Source: Zygnema circumcarinatum SAG 698-1b
Lineage: Eukaryota > Plantae > Zygnematophyceae
Reading direction: 5' to 3'
Assembly: GCA_037447605.1 (NCBI GenBank)
Contig: CM074805.1
Coordinates: 5,101,044 to 5,165,043, forward strand
DNA length: 64,000 bases
This document shows, piece after piece, positions 34,301 to 47,047 of the stretch (position 1 is the first letter of the stretch; each line of letters opens with the position of its first letter). The notes beneath the pieces were generated by a model. It saw only the letters and a program-made list of their open reading frames with translations, ran no database searches and was not told the DNA's origin. The translations under genes and the position numbers were made by a program.

Positions 34301-36020
34301 TGTCTTTGAGCCTTCTACAAGCATAACTACTTGCCATATTGATGCTTCTAGTTAGTTTGCAGCTCTGTGGCAAGCATAACTGGTAAACATTTTTTTCCGT
34401 AGCGGAGTGGTAACGTTTCAGGTTACCGGAGTGTCTTTGACAAATTGGATGTAAGTTTCGCATTACGACTGGTCAATATGACTGAGGAGCCCAAAACGGC
34501 AAACTAAGTTTCGAGTTATTCATCTTATTGCTGCGTACTGTTGCTATCTTCACCTTCAAGGTTCAGCCATACTGAACTTTAGATGGCCTGCCAGGGTCGC
34601 TGTGTCCAAGTGACGGAGGAAACGGCGTCTTGGCTGGCAGGCTCCGTGGCATGTTCCGTGTGGAGGTGTGACATACGGTGACGCCAACCTGGTGTTCATC
34701 GCCAACGACTGGCACACGTCGCTGCTGCCCGTCTACCTGCAGGCGTACTACCGCGACGCGGGCCTCATGGAGTTCGCGCGCTCGGTCCTCGTCGTCCACA
34801 ACATGGCGCATCAGGTCAGCCGGTGGTCATCCCCCTTCCTTTATGCTTTCCATTCCTCCCCTCTCGATTCTCAACTTTCGGTCACCGCCTCTTTGCGTGC
34901 TCGAGCCTATTTTGTCCTTGTGCTACTTCAAGATTTCCTTTATGATGCTTACCAGGAGTCCTTCTGTTTCGCTTCTTCTTGGCCACGGTTTCTTCTTCTA
35001 CACAGTCCATGTCATGTATTCATATTGTGGGCTCGAATGCTGGGGTGGTTGGCCGATCACGGTCAGGGTCGAGGGCCAATGACGGATTTTGATCGCCTGG
35101 GGTTGCCTCCCCACTATGTGGACAAGTTCCGCCTGTTTGATCCTGTGGGAGGTTGGCACATGAACATCTTCATGGCGGGCATAATCACCGCTCACCGCAT
35201 TGTCGCAGTCAGCCATGGCTATGCCTGGGAGTGTCAGACGCAGGACGGCGGCTGGGGCCTGGACGCCGTCATGCGTGACCACTCCAGCAAACTGCGAGGC
35301 GTGGTGAATGGAATTGATGTCAAGGAATGGAACCCCGAGACAGATGTTTTCCTGAGGAACGACGGTTATGTCAACTACAGCCTCGAGACACTGGAGAAGA
35401 AGGCCATTTGCAAAGCAGCCCTACAAAAGGAACTAGGCCTGCCGGTTCGGCCAGATGTTCCCTTAATTGGGTTCATTGGGAGGCTGGATTATCAGAAAGG
35501 GGTGGACATCATTGGAGATGCAATGCCGTGGATGATGGAGCAAGATCTTCAGCTCGTCCTTCTCGGGTCGGGCAGAGCGGATTTGGAAAACATGCTGCGG
35601 AGCTTTGAGGGGAACCACCGCGACAAGTGCCGCGGCTGGGTAGGGTTCTCAGTGCAGACGGCGCACAGGATCACGGCGGGCGCGGACATCCTCCTCATGC
35701 CCTCGCGGTTCGAGCCGTGCGGCCTGAACCAGCTCTACGCGATGCGCTACGGGACGGTGCCCGTAGTGCACTCGGTGGGCGGCCTGCGCGATACCGTCAC
35801 AGCCTTCGACCCCTTCAACGACGCCGGGCTCGGGTGGACCTTCGACAGAGCGGACGCGGGAGGGCTCATGCATGCGCTGGGCAACGCTATGTGGACTTAC
35901 CGGGACTACAAGGACAGCTGGAAGGGGCTGCAGAAGCGCGGCATGACGCAGGACCTGAGCTGGGACAACGCAGCGGCCCAGTACGAGGAGGTGCTCTTGG
36001 CGGCAAAGTATACATGGTGA
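31325..36020 (+). CDS. SS2: Soluble starch synthase II (GT5), plastid-targeted, multi-exon
   Basis: [39 protein letters not shown] (KTGGL motif), [44 protein letters not shown]-terminus AAKYTW*. The N-terminal coiled segment [14 protein letters not shown] is typical of SSII. Confidence 0.95.
33965..34075 (+). mobile_element. Degraded fragment of the 38038-38585 foldback element in an SS2 intron
   Basis: GCATTGATCTCACGATG...ATCAAATG...CATGGGGAACCACGAGGAAC...GACCTAAG aligns by eye with 38225-38320. Confidence 0.6.
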
Positions 36021-37355
36021 ACGCCATCCATCCAGTCAGCGCCATGCCCGCTCCGTATCTTGCCTCGTGCGAGCCCCTATTCTTTTTCCCGGGTTGAGGG
36101 GTGCTCTGCTGCAATGCACCCCTTAGCTTACGGCCAGCAGGACTTTTTTCATTCAGAATTTGCACACCGTGCTGCTGCTGTCTCATAATTGCCTATGCCT
36201 TCTCCTTCCTTTCGCTTTCTGGTCTCTTCCTTTGTCATGCACTTTGTCAAAAAGCCAAAAGGAGGCTTTATTGTACTGTCTATTGAGACATGATTTTAGA
36301 GGGAATAGTGTCTCGCGTGCAGAACTCTGCATCTCGGTTTTTAGGTTAGGGCAGGGGCCGTCTGGCCGGGACTACGAAGTGGTCGGTTGGCGGGCACTGC
36401 TCTCTGTAGGTCTCCGTAGAGGACGACCAGTCGTACGTGTCGGGTGCATGGTTACTCGCGTGCAGGGAGTGCAGCTCCTTAAATAGCCTCCAATTGCACG
36501 GTGTTGTAGCGCTACATGTCCACGTGTAGGGACATGGTTCGTTGTATGCATGCATGTTGTGTGTCATGTTACGTTTCTTCGCTATGTTGAACTGATCCCC
36601 ATTTATTTTTTAGTGATGTTCGGCCTGCAAGGCTCTTTTTGTTCTGAGTGGCGGCTTTCTTTGTCCGTTTATTCAAGTCTCATGAGCTGAATGATGTGCA
36701 GTCGCCGTGAACTGTGCAATTTTTTTTTGGGGAGTCGGTGGCGCTGCGTTCGGTGGCGAACGCAGCGAGTGCTCTGCTGCGGGTTGGAGTGCGAGTGAGG
36801 CGGGATTCCGCAGGCCGCTCGAAAACAGTAGAGAGGCCCTGAACGTGCCTCCGATGCGCGCTGGCCTCTGCCGTGCCTGCAGACGCGGCACATGGCCATG
36901 CTCGCCTGCTTGAGTTCCTCTCTGACGCTCTGCGCCACTGCTCGAGGTGGAGGCTGCACTGCCGCCCCTTCGGAGAATGCAGGCTGTGCAGCCAAGCAAC
37001 GTCACATCCTTTCCTTGTGCCGACTTGCCAGCGGGCGTGAGCTCCGCGCTTTGTTGTTTAAGAACGCGGAGATCCTTGGAGGGAGCGCCCGATGATGCCT
37101 GCGCGTACGCGGGCGAGCGGGCGGGCGGGCGGGCGGGAGCCATGCGAGCCGACGACCACCTGACAGGACATGGCCAGGCATCGGCAAAAGAGGGACTGGT
37201 GGAAGGGATTGCGTACGGATGGCGGTCCAGACGTACGGATGAAACGAAACACTGTACTGTCTCCCTGCCCGCCCGCCTGCCCGCCCGCTTGCCCGCTTGC
37301 TCGCCGTCTGCCTCCCACTTTGTCTTGTTTCTTTTCAAGCCCGAGCTGCCGGCAA

Positions 37356-37492
37356 TAGGGGGTGTCAGACTTAAAAATTGTTCGTAAGTTTGAGACCAGA
37401 ACGAGTACTTCGGTGACATCGCAATCCTGGTGCGGCGGAGTACTTACAAAACTTTTTTGTTCGTAAGATTTCGTTAAGTCTGACACGCCCTA
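37356..37492. mobile_element. 137-bp MITE-like element with 19-bp terminal inverted repeats
   Basis: TAGGGGGTGTCAGACTTAA (37356-37374) versus TTAAGTCTGACACGCCCTA (37474-37492), 18/19 match; internal direct repeat TTGTTCGTAAG. No TSD seen. Confidence 0.7.
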
Positions 37493-37635
37493 ATGACGGA
37501 GGACAAGAAGTTGCTCAAGTTCCAAGGAGGCCGCGACGACAAGTTTGGTCTCAAGGGCACTCACTGCTCGGACTCACAAGCAGCGGCTGCTTGTGAGTGT
37601 GTGTCGTTTCTGCCTCGTGTTTGGGCGAGAAGATA

Positions 37636-37680
37636 AGGGTTTTTAGGGTTTTTAGGGTTTTTAGGGTTTTTAGGGTTTTT
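37636..37680 (+). repeat. Interstitial telomere-like repeat (TTTTTAGGG)x4-5
   Basis: AGGGTTTTTAGGGTTTTTAGGGTTTTTAGGGTTTTTAGGGTTTTT read directly. Confidence 0.85.
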
Positions 37681-37761
37681 AATCTAAACTGAATACTGTG
37701 AACACTTGGTTTTTTGGCAAAAATGTAGGGAGGGCAGCATAGGGGTTTGGGTGAGACCTTT

Positions 37762-37762
<1 letters not shown>

Positions 37763-37813
<51 letters not shown>

Positions 37814-37818
37814 AAGAG
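37763..37818 (+). repeat. (GA)n microsatellite
   Basis: Long uninterrupted GAGAGA run. Confidence 0.9.
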
Positions 37819-38037
37819 AGATGCATTTTCAATTCTTTAGTTCTTGGACCGGCGAGCCTTGGCTTGCGGCTGTGGAAACCATGGTTTGTTGTAAATCGCA
37901 ACATGGGGTGAACGAGGAGGCGAACTCTGATGCTTCATATCTCCAATGTAAGAAAAACTGCGGTGCTAAGTTTGCCAAAAGGGGGTTCCGTGATTGTTGG
38001 AGCATGCATGGCTCGCTTTCTCGACCTTCTTTTTTTT

Positions 38038-38585
38038 GGAGAATGATACTACACCCCCCATTTTGGTTATTACACCCCCCCATTTTGAAAAAACTTTCTG
38101 CCCATTTTGGTATCCCGCCCCCCTTGTTTTGGATATTTCACCCCCTATTTTGGATATCCCACCCCCTGGTTTTTTTCCTTTTCACTGCTGACTTCCACCA
38201 TTGTGCAACAAAAGAAAAGGAGATGTGCATTGATCTCAAGATGGTGAGGCCATCAAATGAACATGGACGAAGTCAACATGGGGAACCACAAGAAACTGGT
38301 TTCAAATGACCTAAGCACAAAGCAAAAAAACTAAGAGCAAAAAACTAAAAAAACAATGTTGACTTCGTCCATGTTCATTTGATAGCCTCACCATCTTGAG
38401 ATCAATGCAAATCTCCTTTTTTTTTTTTCACAATATTGGAAGTCAGTAGTGAAAAGGAAAAAACAGGGGGGTGGGATGGGGTCAAATATCCAAAAAAGGG
38501 GGGGGAGTGGGATAACCAAAATGGGGAGGGAAATTTTTCAAAAAGGGGGGTAATAACCAAAATAGGGGGTGCAGTATCATTCTCC
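38038..38585. mobile_element. 548-bp foldback / Mutator-like non-autonomous element
   Basis: Ends GGAGAATGATAC...GTATCATTCTCC. Arms of ~240 bp are imperfectly complementary, with a near-perfect inner ~55 bp and a ~76-bp spacer. Flanked by T runs (8 T left, 10 T right), compatible with a poly-T TSD. Superfamily assignment is inferred. Confidence 0.75.
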
Positions 38586-40396
38586 TTTTTTTTTTGAACT
38601 TTGTAGGTGGGCAATGACATTCGAATGCTACCATGAGACAGAAAATTCGTACAAAGTACAAACAAAGTTAAAAAGTACAGAAAAGTACGAAACAAAAAAG
38701 TCCCTCATCCCGAAAATGAACTCAAAATGGTTCCGAAAATAAGTAAAATAATAGTAATAATAAGTAAAATTCGGGATTTTAGAAAATTCCCTGTTTTGAC
38801 GATGCCTGGGCCTGACCCGGCCCTGCTCGCGTGAGCACCACGCATCGTCAAATAAGGGATTTATTTTTCAAAAAATATCCCTTAAATCCCTAACACAAAA
38901 CTCAGATTTGTCCTTTAAATACCCCCCCCCCCCCCTCAATATGAAACAACAGGCTGCGGATCAAGATCCTCGTGCATTGCCTTTTTATAGAAATGTCTTT
39001 GAACCTTAATTATGTGAAGTGAATTGAAAGTGAAACTAATTCAACACATAAGCTGAATGGGTACACGATATATCCCATTTTCTGCGCTCTCGATCTAACG
39101 AATCGTACTACCAATCAGGTCGCGCGACGTGGCAACGTCAGACTTGCGGCAACTATACCCTATTTTCTATAAATTCATCTTTGACAACGTAATCGAATAC
39201 GTTGGTCACATAAAACATTCAAATCGAACGCTGTCGTACGTAGAAAACGACACTTGCCAATGACTGTATGGTGACGCGATATACCTCATTTTCTTCCTGT
39301 TCGATCTAACGAAAAGCACAACAAATCCACAACAACACAACAACAACACAATAAATAGTTTATTGCGGGTTGGCGTCCTGTTTGTATGTATACGTATAAT
39401 GGGATGGTGTTGAGGTAGCAAGACATGCACAATTTACACCATACATGACTTTTGTTTGAAGACCAACGACTGTAGCACACTTGAAGTGAAATTCTCTATG
39501 TTAATTCGAATCCTAATCTAATTCTATCCTCTAATCGTGTGGCTCGTCTTCCTTTTTTTGCTCTGCCCCCTGCGAATTCAACTTTTGGACTTTAGCAATT
39601 GAGGATGGCTCAGGAGGTTCATGGTGTCGCTTAGGCCCCTTTCCCCCACCCCGGAAGGGTGGGGTGTCTTGTTTTGGGGGATTTGATCCTGACGCGACGG
39701 GGGACCATGTCCCTCGCCAGGTGTCTGTTGCGATGATTTGTGCGTCATTTTTGTCTGCAGCCGCATAGAAAAGATCTGCATCTTTCGCCTCCCCCCCTTT
39801 TTCTTTTGGGAATGGAATTGCAACATTGTATAAGTGACCCTTTTACCTATATGACGACGCTGATATGCTCAATTGTTACTTCATGTTGAAAATGTCAATA
39901 CTAGCCATCCACGTTTTTGAATATGCGTCACAGAATATATTACGACAGTACACATTTTATACTAATATTGTTAGATATCGACTTGACCGTACATATCTTC
40001 TTCCGTACACATGCCCACTATGATTCGTACAGACCTATACACATACAGTATGACCCGATCATATTCTCCACTTCCACATTTGCGTCACCAATAATTTCTC
40101 GCCAATTTTGTCCAAACGGCAAGATTTTGTACGGTAATTTTGGTTAGACGTACAATTCGTGCAGTTCGTGCAATCGGTACTACAGTAGGGGGTCCTCATA
40201 TTTTCAACCCTGGTTCCGGGCAAAATGAGGCGAAAATATTAAATTTGCATATATAAGGTTCGTGTTACGAATAGACGGGCGGTATTATGTTAAAGTTCAT
40301 GTTGAACCGTACGTATCGTACCGTATCATATCGTACCATATCGTACTGTATCATTTAGCATCGTATCGTATCGTGACATATCGTGACGCATATACT

Positions 40397-40406
40397 NNNN
40401 NNNNNN
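40397..40406. other. Assembly gap (10 N)
   Basis: Run of N, preceded by an ATCGT-rich simple repeat (~40305-40396). Confidence 0.97.
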
Positions 40407-43400
40407 GAACAAGTGTTTCCGCTGCCGCAAGGAGGGGCACAAGGCCCGGGATTGCCCTCTGAACACCAAGGACAGGAAGGGCAAGGGGCCGGAAAACCCC
40501 AACCCACCAGCAGCTTAGGGGTCGTTGCTGGTGGACATGCTAGGTTAGGGGGAGGGATGGAGACTGCTGCCAGGTCTAGGGGACATTTGTTTCTTAGAAC
40601 CTCGGACATTCTTAAATTGGTTGGCAGGCCTTTGGGAATGCACGATCTCTTTGTGTTTGATGCACTCCCTGTTTCCATTTCCCTCTCCCCTGCCACTGTA
40701 GTGACTCCTTCTGGGTTTATGGATGTAGTGATGAATGGTGAATGGCATGTCTTTATCCTCAATGTCATGGGCAATGATGTTCTCGTGCAATGTGCCATGG
40801 ATGCTTTGCATGTCATGGGAAACACCTCCCATGTCCTTGGGCTGCATGTGCTGGGTCCTCAGCACATGGCAGTTCGCACCTTTCCCAACGCCACTTGGCG
40901 GTTGGTGAAACAGTTGAGGAAAGGGCACACGCTGGTGCAAGAGATGGAAGGATCCACCAGCTTGCTGGTTGGCTCACCCTACACATTGGTGTGGAGGACG
41001 ACTCGTCACTCAACCTTACGCGCCTCAGTGCGTCTATGTTCCCTTGCCCATGCGTGCCGCTGACGCTTCATGGGATGAAGCCCGATGGTCACTTAGCGAT
41101 TCTTTGCTAGATCTTTGAAGCCGGTCTCTTTAACTTTTGTTGGATTCTAGCGTTCACCCCGAAGGTTTAAGTTGACCCGCAGTCCCGTTGAGGAAGAGAA
41201 GTGTTACTTTTCGGGGATGAGCGCAAGGAGCCAGATCTACAGTAGGCGTCACACTTTCAAGATCAAGCTCAATCCTACTCGAGGCGTCGAAGTGTCTTCT
41301 AACACAAGCGGCCCACAGGCTGTACGATGTTATTTTGGGGAGTGCTTGGTTAACCATGGTCCAAAAGCACAAATGGACTTTTTCGTCCCACATTGCGTGC
41401 CGGTGGTGACGAGGCTTACCCTGCACCACTGGCGAGCCCATCGGCTGGCTATCAAGCGGCTTCTTGCCTCCTTATCTACGCTTTCGGTATGCAATTGGCC
41501 GTTAAGGAAGGTTGCACCTTGTTCATAGTGCATGTCATGGCAGCCGAGGATGTTCATGGCGAAGATGAGAATGGCGGTCACATCTACGGATGGTATTGCT
41601 CTCGTACGTTCCACCCAAGAAATCCAACCTGTTGGACTGGTTGAGATGTTTCCACGGCGACCTTCAAGAGGTTGCCACCATCTAAGAGGTGGGGCACTGT
41701 CCACTCTTGAGCTTTGACAAAAGCTTACGCCTTGGCGGCCGATCCTCGGTTAAGCCAGAAAGAAGCGAAGAATCACGAAAGCAGTTCCAGCAACTTTACG
41801 TGACAAGAGTGCGGATGAACAGTCAAAGAAAGCCCTTTAGAGCGCCCATCTTATTTGTTGGAAGATGGTTAGATTGAGGATGCATTGATTATCGGCGCGC
41901 TCAGCAAGATCCTTGCGTAAAGAAGCGGATTTTGCTTTACCACGTATTGATGTCTGTTGGATGCGTCTTCCGCGGCATAAAGGTGTTTACATCACTTGAT
42001 CTTACTTTCGGGGTATCATGGATCAGCGTCGAAGCTGATGTGCGAAACTGCGTTAGGGGCCTTGATTGGTCATTCAGTATAAGGTGTTGCCCTTTGGATT
42101 GACTAATGCTCCGGCGACTTTCCAGGCTGTGATGAACGAGATGTTCATAGGCATGGATGAGTTTGTTTTGGTTTACCTCGATGATATCCTTGTCTTCAGT
42201 AAGACGGAGGAGGCACATCTTGAACACGTTCGGAAAGTGTTTGAGACCCTGAGGAAACACCAGTTTTATGCCAAGAGGAAGAAGTGTCACTTCATGCAAC
42301 GTGAGTTGCTTTATCTTGGGCATATCCTCAATGATCAGGGCCTTCGGCCTGATCCTGCCAAAGTTTCCGCGGTAGAAACTTGGGCGCCACCGACTGACTT
42401 GCATCAGTTGAGGGTCTTTCTTGGGATTGCGAATTATTTTCTTAAGTTCATCAAAGGGTTTAGTAAGTTGGTTACTCCTTGACTAATTTGACGCGTTAGG
42501 TGTCCCTTTACATGGACCTGAATGCGGGATGCGTGAAGGTGATAGCCATGCACTGATTACGCACCCACTCTGGTTTAGCGGACCCGTCCAGAAGTGGTTT
42601 GTGATGCCTCGGGATTCGCCTTGGGTGCCGTCTTGTTTAGTGTAAGCCAACCTTTGGCATTATATGAAAGTCATAAGAAAAAGATCAGTATAACTATTAC
42701 CTTGAGCAGGAAGCGCTACTGATAGTCCACTTGCTCCCAACGGAGACATGGCGGTCTTGTTAGAAGGCGAAAAGCAATCCCGCGCTAGTCCATACGACCA
42801 CCCGCCCGTGGCGTTTCTCTCACCCAGAACCTGTGTCTAGGCGGTACTTCAGTGGAAGTTCCTCAAAGAGTTTGGCCTTCTTAGTAGGTTTTATAGAAGC
42901 CCGGAAGGCTAATGTTAGCAGAATACTGGTAAACAGCCTAAACATCTTACTGTCATAGTGCCTTCATCGACTCGAGTGTTGAGTGGAAGTGAATGTGAAG
43001 TGAGAACCCGGCCAACCCCGGAATCTCCGTCTCCGGTATGCTTTTGTCGCCAGATCACTCCACCGGTGGCCTTGATCAGCTCCACATACTCTCTCGATCT
43101 GAGCGGTGATCGAGGAGGGGGTATCTTAATGATCGCTGTTCTGGATGGCCAAGGTAATGGTATAGGACAAGTAATTATCCCAGAGCGGATACGGTACCCG
43201 GCAGTGATTGGTCGTGCCCAAGGCGGAGGCTATGCGGCGGCCTCGTGCAGGTGAGCTACATGTGATCCTCGCATTACCGGAGTCTCACATGGGAGTACCA
43301 AAACACGTGAGAGCCTTGCTCCGAGTTACGGTAGCTTTGAGACTCTCGAGGAGATGTGAAAGCGTATGTACTACGCTTGTCCAACTTGTGTGAAACAGAA

Positions 43401-45742
43401 GCCGCCTTTGGCGGGATCACGGCGGTTGCAACCCCTCACACCTCCTTTTGGAGGTAGGGGCGGTGTGGGTATATGGACTTGATCACGAGATCTTCTGGCG
43501 ACACCTCGAGGGGCATGACTCCGTCCTGCGTCTTTGCCGGCCGGCTTCCCGGCCAAGATGGTGCACATTTTGCACCATTTACTAAGACGGCGGGGCGAGC
43601 AGGTGCCGCGATTTGTATGTTGACAAAGTGTGTGGAACCCGGCATGGTCTTCGGTCAGAAGTATTGTCGGCAGAGTGATCCCGCGATTCAGGCCATTTTG
43701 GGCCGAGGTGCTCAAATCGTTGGGACCAAGCGGGCGTTGAGTACGGCTTTCCCACCGCAAACCGTGCTTGACGAGGCGGGTGGCAATCTGGAGGATTACC
43801 TCGGCATTATGTGGGACCCACACCGGATGGGTGGGATGAACTGCTCCCAGTGGCGGAGTACGCCATCAATAATGCTTACCAGGAGTCCATTGGTACCACC
43901 CCTTTCTTCCTGAACTTTGGTCAGCATCCCCTAAATCCCCTACAACCAAGGGATCAGCCCCCTGATCCGTGGAACATGGGCGTCCACACAACCCCCGATC
44001 CTTGGAAGCTGAGAGGGACTGATGGGACTCAACCTCCCTTGATCAGATCTTTTTGTCGGTAATGTAGAGCCTGCGAGAGAGTACGGCAGACCTGTAGCGG
44101 CCCGATCGCGACAAAACCTATGCTGGCAAAATCTGCCGTACCCAACTCACCTTCAACGAAGGCGATGAGGTGTTGCTTAGTACGGCGAACTTGAGACTCA
44201 AAGCTTATGGCGGAACACGTAAGCTGTGGCCCCGCTTCATCGGACCCTTCAGGGTCGTGAAGCGAATCAATGAGGTCGCTTACAGGTTGGACTTACCATC
44301 CCACGTGAAGGTGCATCCGGTCTTTCATGTGGGCTTCTTAAGTCACGTAGCGATGGGGAGGATCGGCCACCTCCCCACCCGGTGCGAGGGTGAACTTGAG
44401 TGCCGGAGACGAAACCATTCAAGCCCGCGGATCTTGTGAAAGGGTCGATCTTTAAGTGCAATGTCTGGTGAAATGGTTGAGCTATGGGTTTGAACATAGC
44501 ACATGGGAAGCCGGGGGCAACTTAACGATTGCAGGGCTCATTCGGCATGGGGCGGGGGCGGGCGGGGGTTCTGGTCTGCGGCTCGAAGAAGGGACTTGAC
44601 GGGATTGTATTTGAGCCCTCCGGTTATCGCGTCAGGAAGTTAGAAGCTGGCGTGCGGGTGAAACTTCTGAGGCTGCCGCCTTTCTTACCCCTTTACGTGA
44701 GCGAGGCGTTCATCTCACGAGGGGGTAATGTAGCGAAACACTCTGATCACCCGCGGAGAGGTGTACCCAGGCGCTCAGTCCCTGGTACTCTCACCCCGAA
44801 GCGCTTGAGCCAGTGATGCTTGGCGTCGGAGACCACAGAGACGGGAAGAAGTCACAGGATCAGGCTGCGAAAGGATTTACCGGGGATTCGTCTTGTGTAT
44901 TGCTCTGCAGACATATGCGTATTATCAGCGTCATAGGTAGTAATTAGAGGATCATGGAGATCCCGACCCGCATCTTCACCCACGTTATGGAGCGTGGCGA
45001 GTGGTCGCGTCTGATGCAGATTCACCCAGATTGTAGTGCAGGTGGGTATCGTCGGACCCAGCGCCCATGGGATCGGCCGTGCACCAGCACGTCTGGCTGG
45101 CGTCGCGTCGCTGGCTGGCCAGCCGGCGGAATCTTGGCGAGCATTAGTGCGTTATGCGCCTACGACCCATTAGTCGAGAGAGGACCGCGTGGCGGTTGCC
45201 ATTGGGCTGACCGCTTCCAATCCTCCCTGCTGGTAGGAGGTTCGACGGGGAAAGCGTAAAGGGGCGGGTGACTGTCGTCACCCAACCAACGTACCGGCAT
45301 TCGGTTGCACCCCTGCCCAGGGCTGCGCGACCCTCTGAAGCTCTCTCTCTCTCTCTCTGAATCCCTCTCGTCGAACTACATTTTCTTGGTTGAAGTCTAA
45401 TTCAGCCTTGACCAGAAAAGCGGTTTTGATTATTCTACGATGGCGTCGATGCGTTGTACACCTCACGACCCATTCGGTCCAGAGAGAATTTCACAATAAC
45501 GTCTACCATTGGACAGCCACGCTTCCAATCCTGCATCTTGTAGGGTTCGGCGGAAGCGTAAAGGCGTGGTGGCCCAGCGCCGTCATAACCAGCATCACCG
45601 ACATTACGGTTGCACCCACGACGGGGCTGCTCCCCACTCGGAAGCGCTCTCTCGCTCGCTCTTGCTCTCGCCCTCTCGCTGAACTCTGAGTGCTGGTGTG
45701 TTATTCCGCGCAGGCTGAAGGAGCTAGATTTCAGCCGTGACA
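40407..45742 (+). mobile_element. Ty3/gypsy chromodomain-type retrotransposon copy 1 (5'-truncated by the gap) with 3' LTR 44729-45742
   Basis: Zinc knuckle KCFRCRKEGHKARDCP at ~40411; RT YKVLPFGLTNAPATFQ...VYLDDILVFS (42066-42482); integrase EYAINNAYQESIGTTPFFLNFG; RKLWPRFIGPFRV...HPVFHV; PPT GAGGGGG before TGTAGCG at 44729; LTR ends CCGTGACA. Order PR-RT-RH-INT. Confidence 0.92.
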
Positions 45743-47047
45743 TTTGGTATCAGAGCAGGTTTTCGTTTCTTTTTGGGAAGGAACCTGTTGGTCATGGTGA
45801 CCACTCGCCGGGCCGGAGGGGACCCGGGGCCCTCGGGGCCGCCACCTCCACCACCTGTCCCCCGGGACGAGGTGATGGAGGAGAACTCGGAGACTGCGGC
45901 CGTCCCCATGGAGGGGCCCAGTCCCGACCCACGGATGGCCCAGGCCATCCGGCGCATCTACCTCTTCCCAGCATGATGCAAGCGGCCAGTAGTCCAGCGT
46001 CTTTCCCCGGATGAGGCAGCTCATCATGGGTGTCAGAGCCGGAATGAAGACCCAAGGTAATACGCTTTCCTTTACAGGCGGAACATCCCTAGCTGCAGGG
46101 CACATTGGTGGCGGTGGTTGGGCCAAACGAAGGGTTACCTTTGGCGACCAACTGTGTCCCCCCTCAGTGGGTAAGCTTTTGCCCGAGCACTGTGAAGGAG
46201 CATGCAGGGTGTATGAGGGGCCTCTCTGATGGGTAAGGGGCGATTGGGATAGGTGAGAGAGAGATGAGCTTATCAAACACCCCAGGGCCTTGGATCCGGC
46301 TTGAGCCGGGATAAGTTCGAACATGGTCCAAACCAGCAGCGTCAAACAGTTTCTGCGCGACCTGCGGCAAGTGGTGCCACAAATCACCACGCACAAGCCT
46401 AGCCAGGCTGAGTTCTTTTACCACTTCAGGGAATGGCTTGAAGCCACACCTGAGGAAGCAGCTGAGGACTAACCCACGGACCTACGAGAGGCAAGTAGGG
46501 ACCCGGCCCCGGCCTCACATTTTGTACTTTGTCTGCAGCCATTAGGTGGACACGCGCCCTGCTGAGCGATGCGGGAGCCCTTCCCGACCAGCGAGAGGTG
46601 AGGCGTAATGTGAGGTCGTGGAGGCGGGACCCTGAAACTCACTGCCAAGATGGCAAGAAAAGAACAAGCGAGGCGGCGGGAAGTGGCTGCGCCCACTGCT
46701 ACTACCGCGACGCGAGAAGTTGACTACAGAAATGAAGATCGCGGCGGAGAACAAGAAGTGTTTCAGCTATGTAAGGCACAAGGCCGGGATTGCCCTCTGA
46801 ACACCAAGGACAAGAAGGGCAAGGGGCCGGCAAACCCCAACCCACCAGCAGCTTAGGGGTCGTTGCTGGTGGACATGCTAGGTTAGGGGAGGGATGGAGA
46901 CTGCTGCCAGGACTAGGGGACATTTGTTTCTTAGAACCTCGGACATTCTTAAATTGGTTGGCAGACCTTTAAGAATGCACGATCTCTTTGTGTGTGATGC
47001 ACTCCCTGTTTCCATTTCCCTCTCCCCTGCCACCGTAGTGACTCCTT

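Noticed and set aside
39640-39670. CCCCACCCC-GGAA-GGGTGGGG hairpin as a Helitron 3' end or terminator
   Set aside because: No CTRR terminus follows it and no Rep/helicase remnant is nearby.
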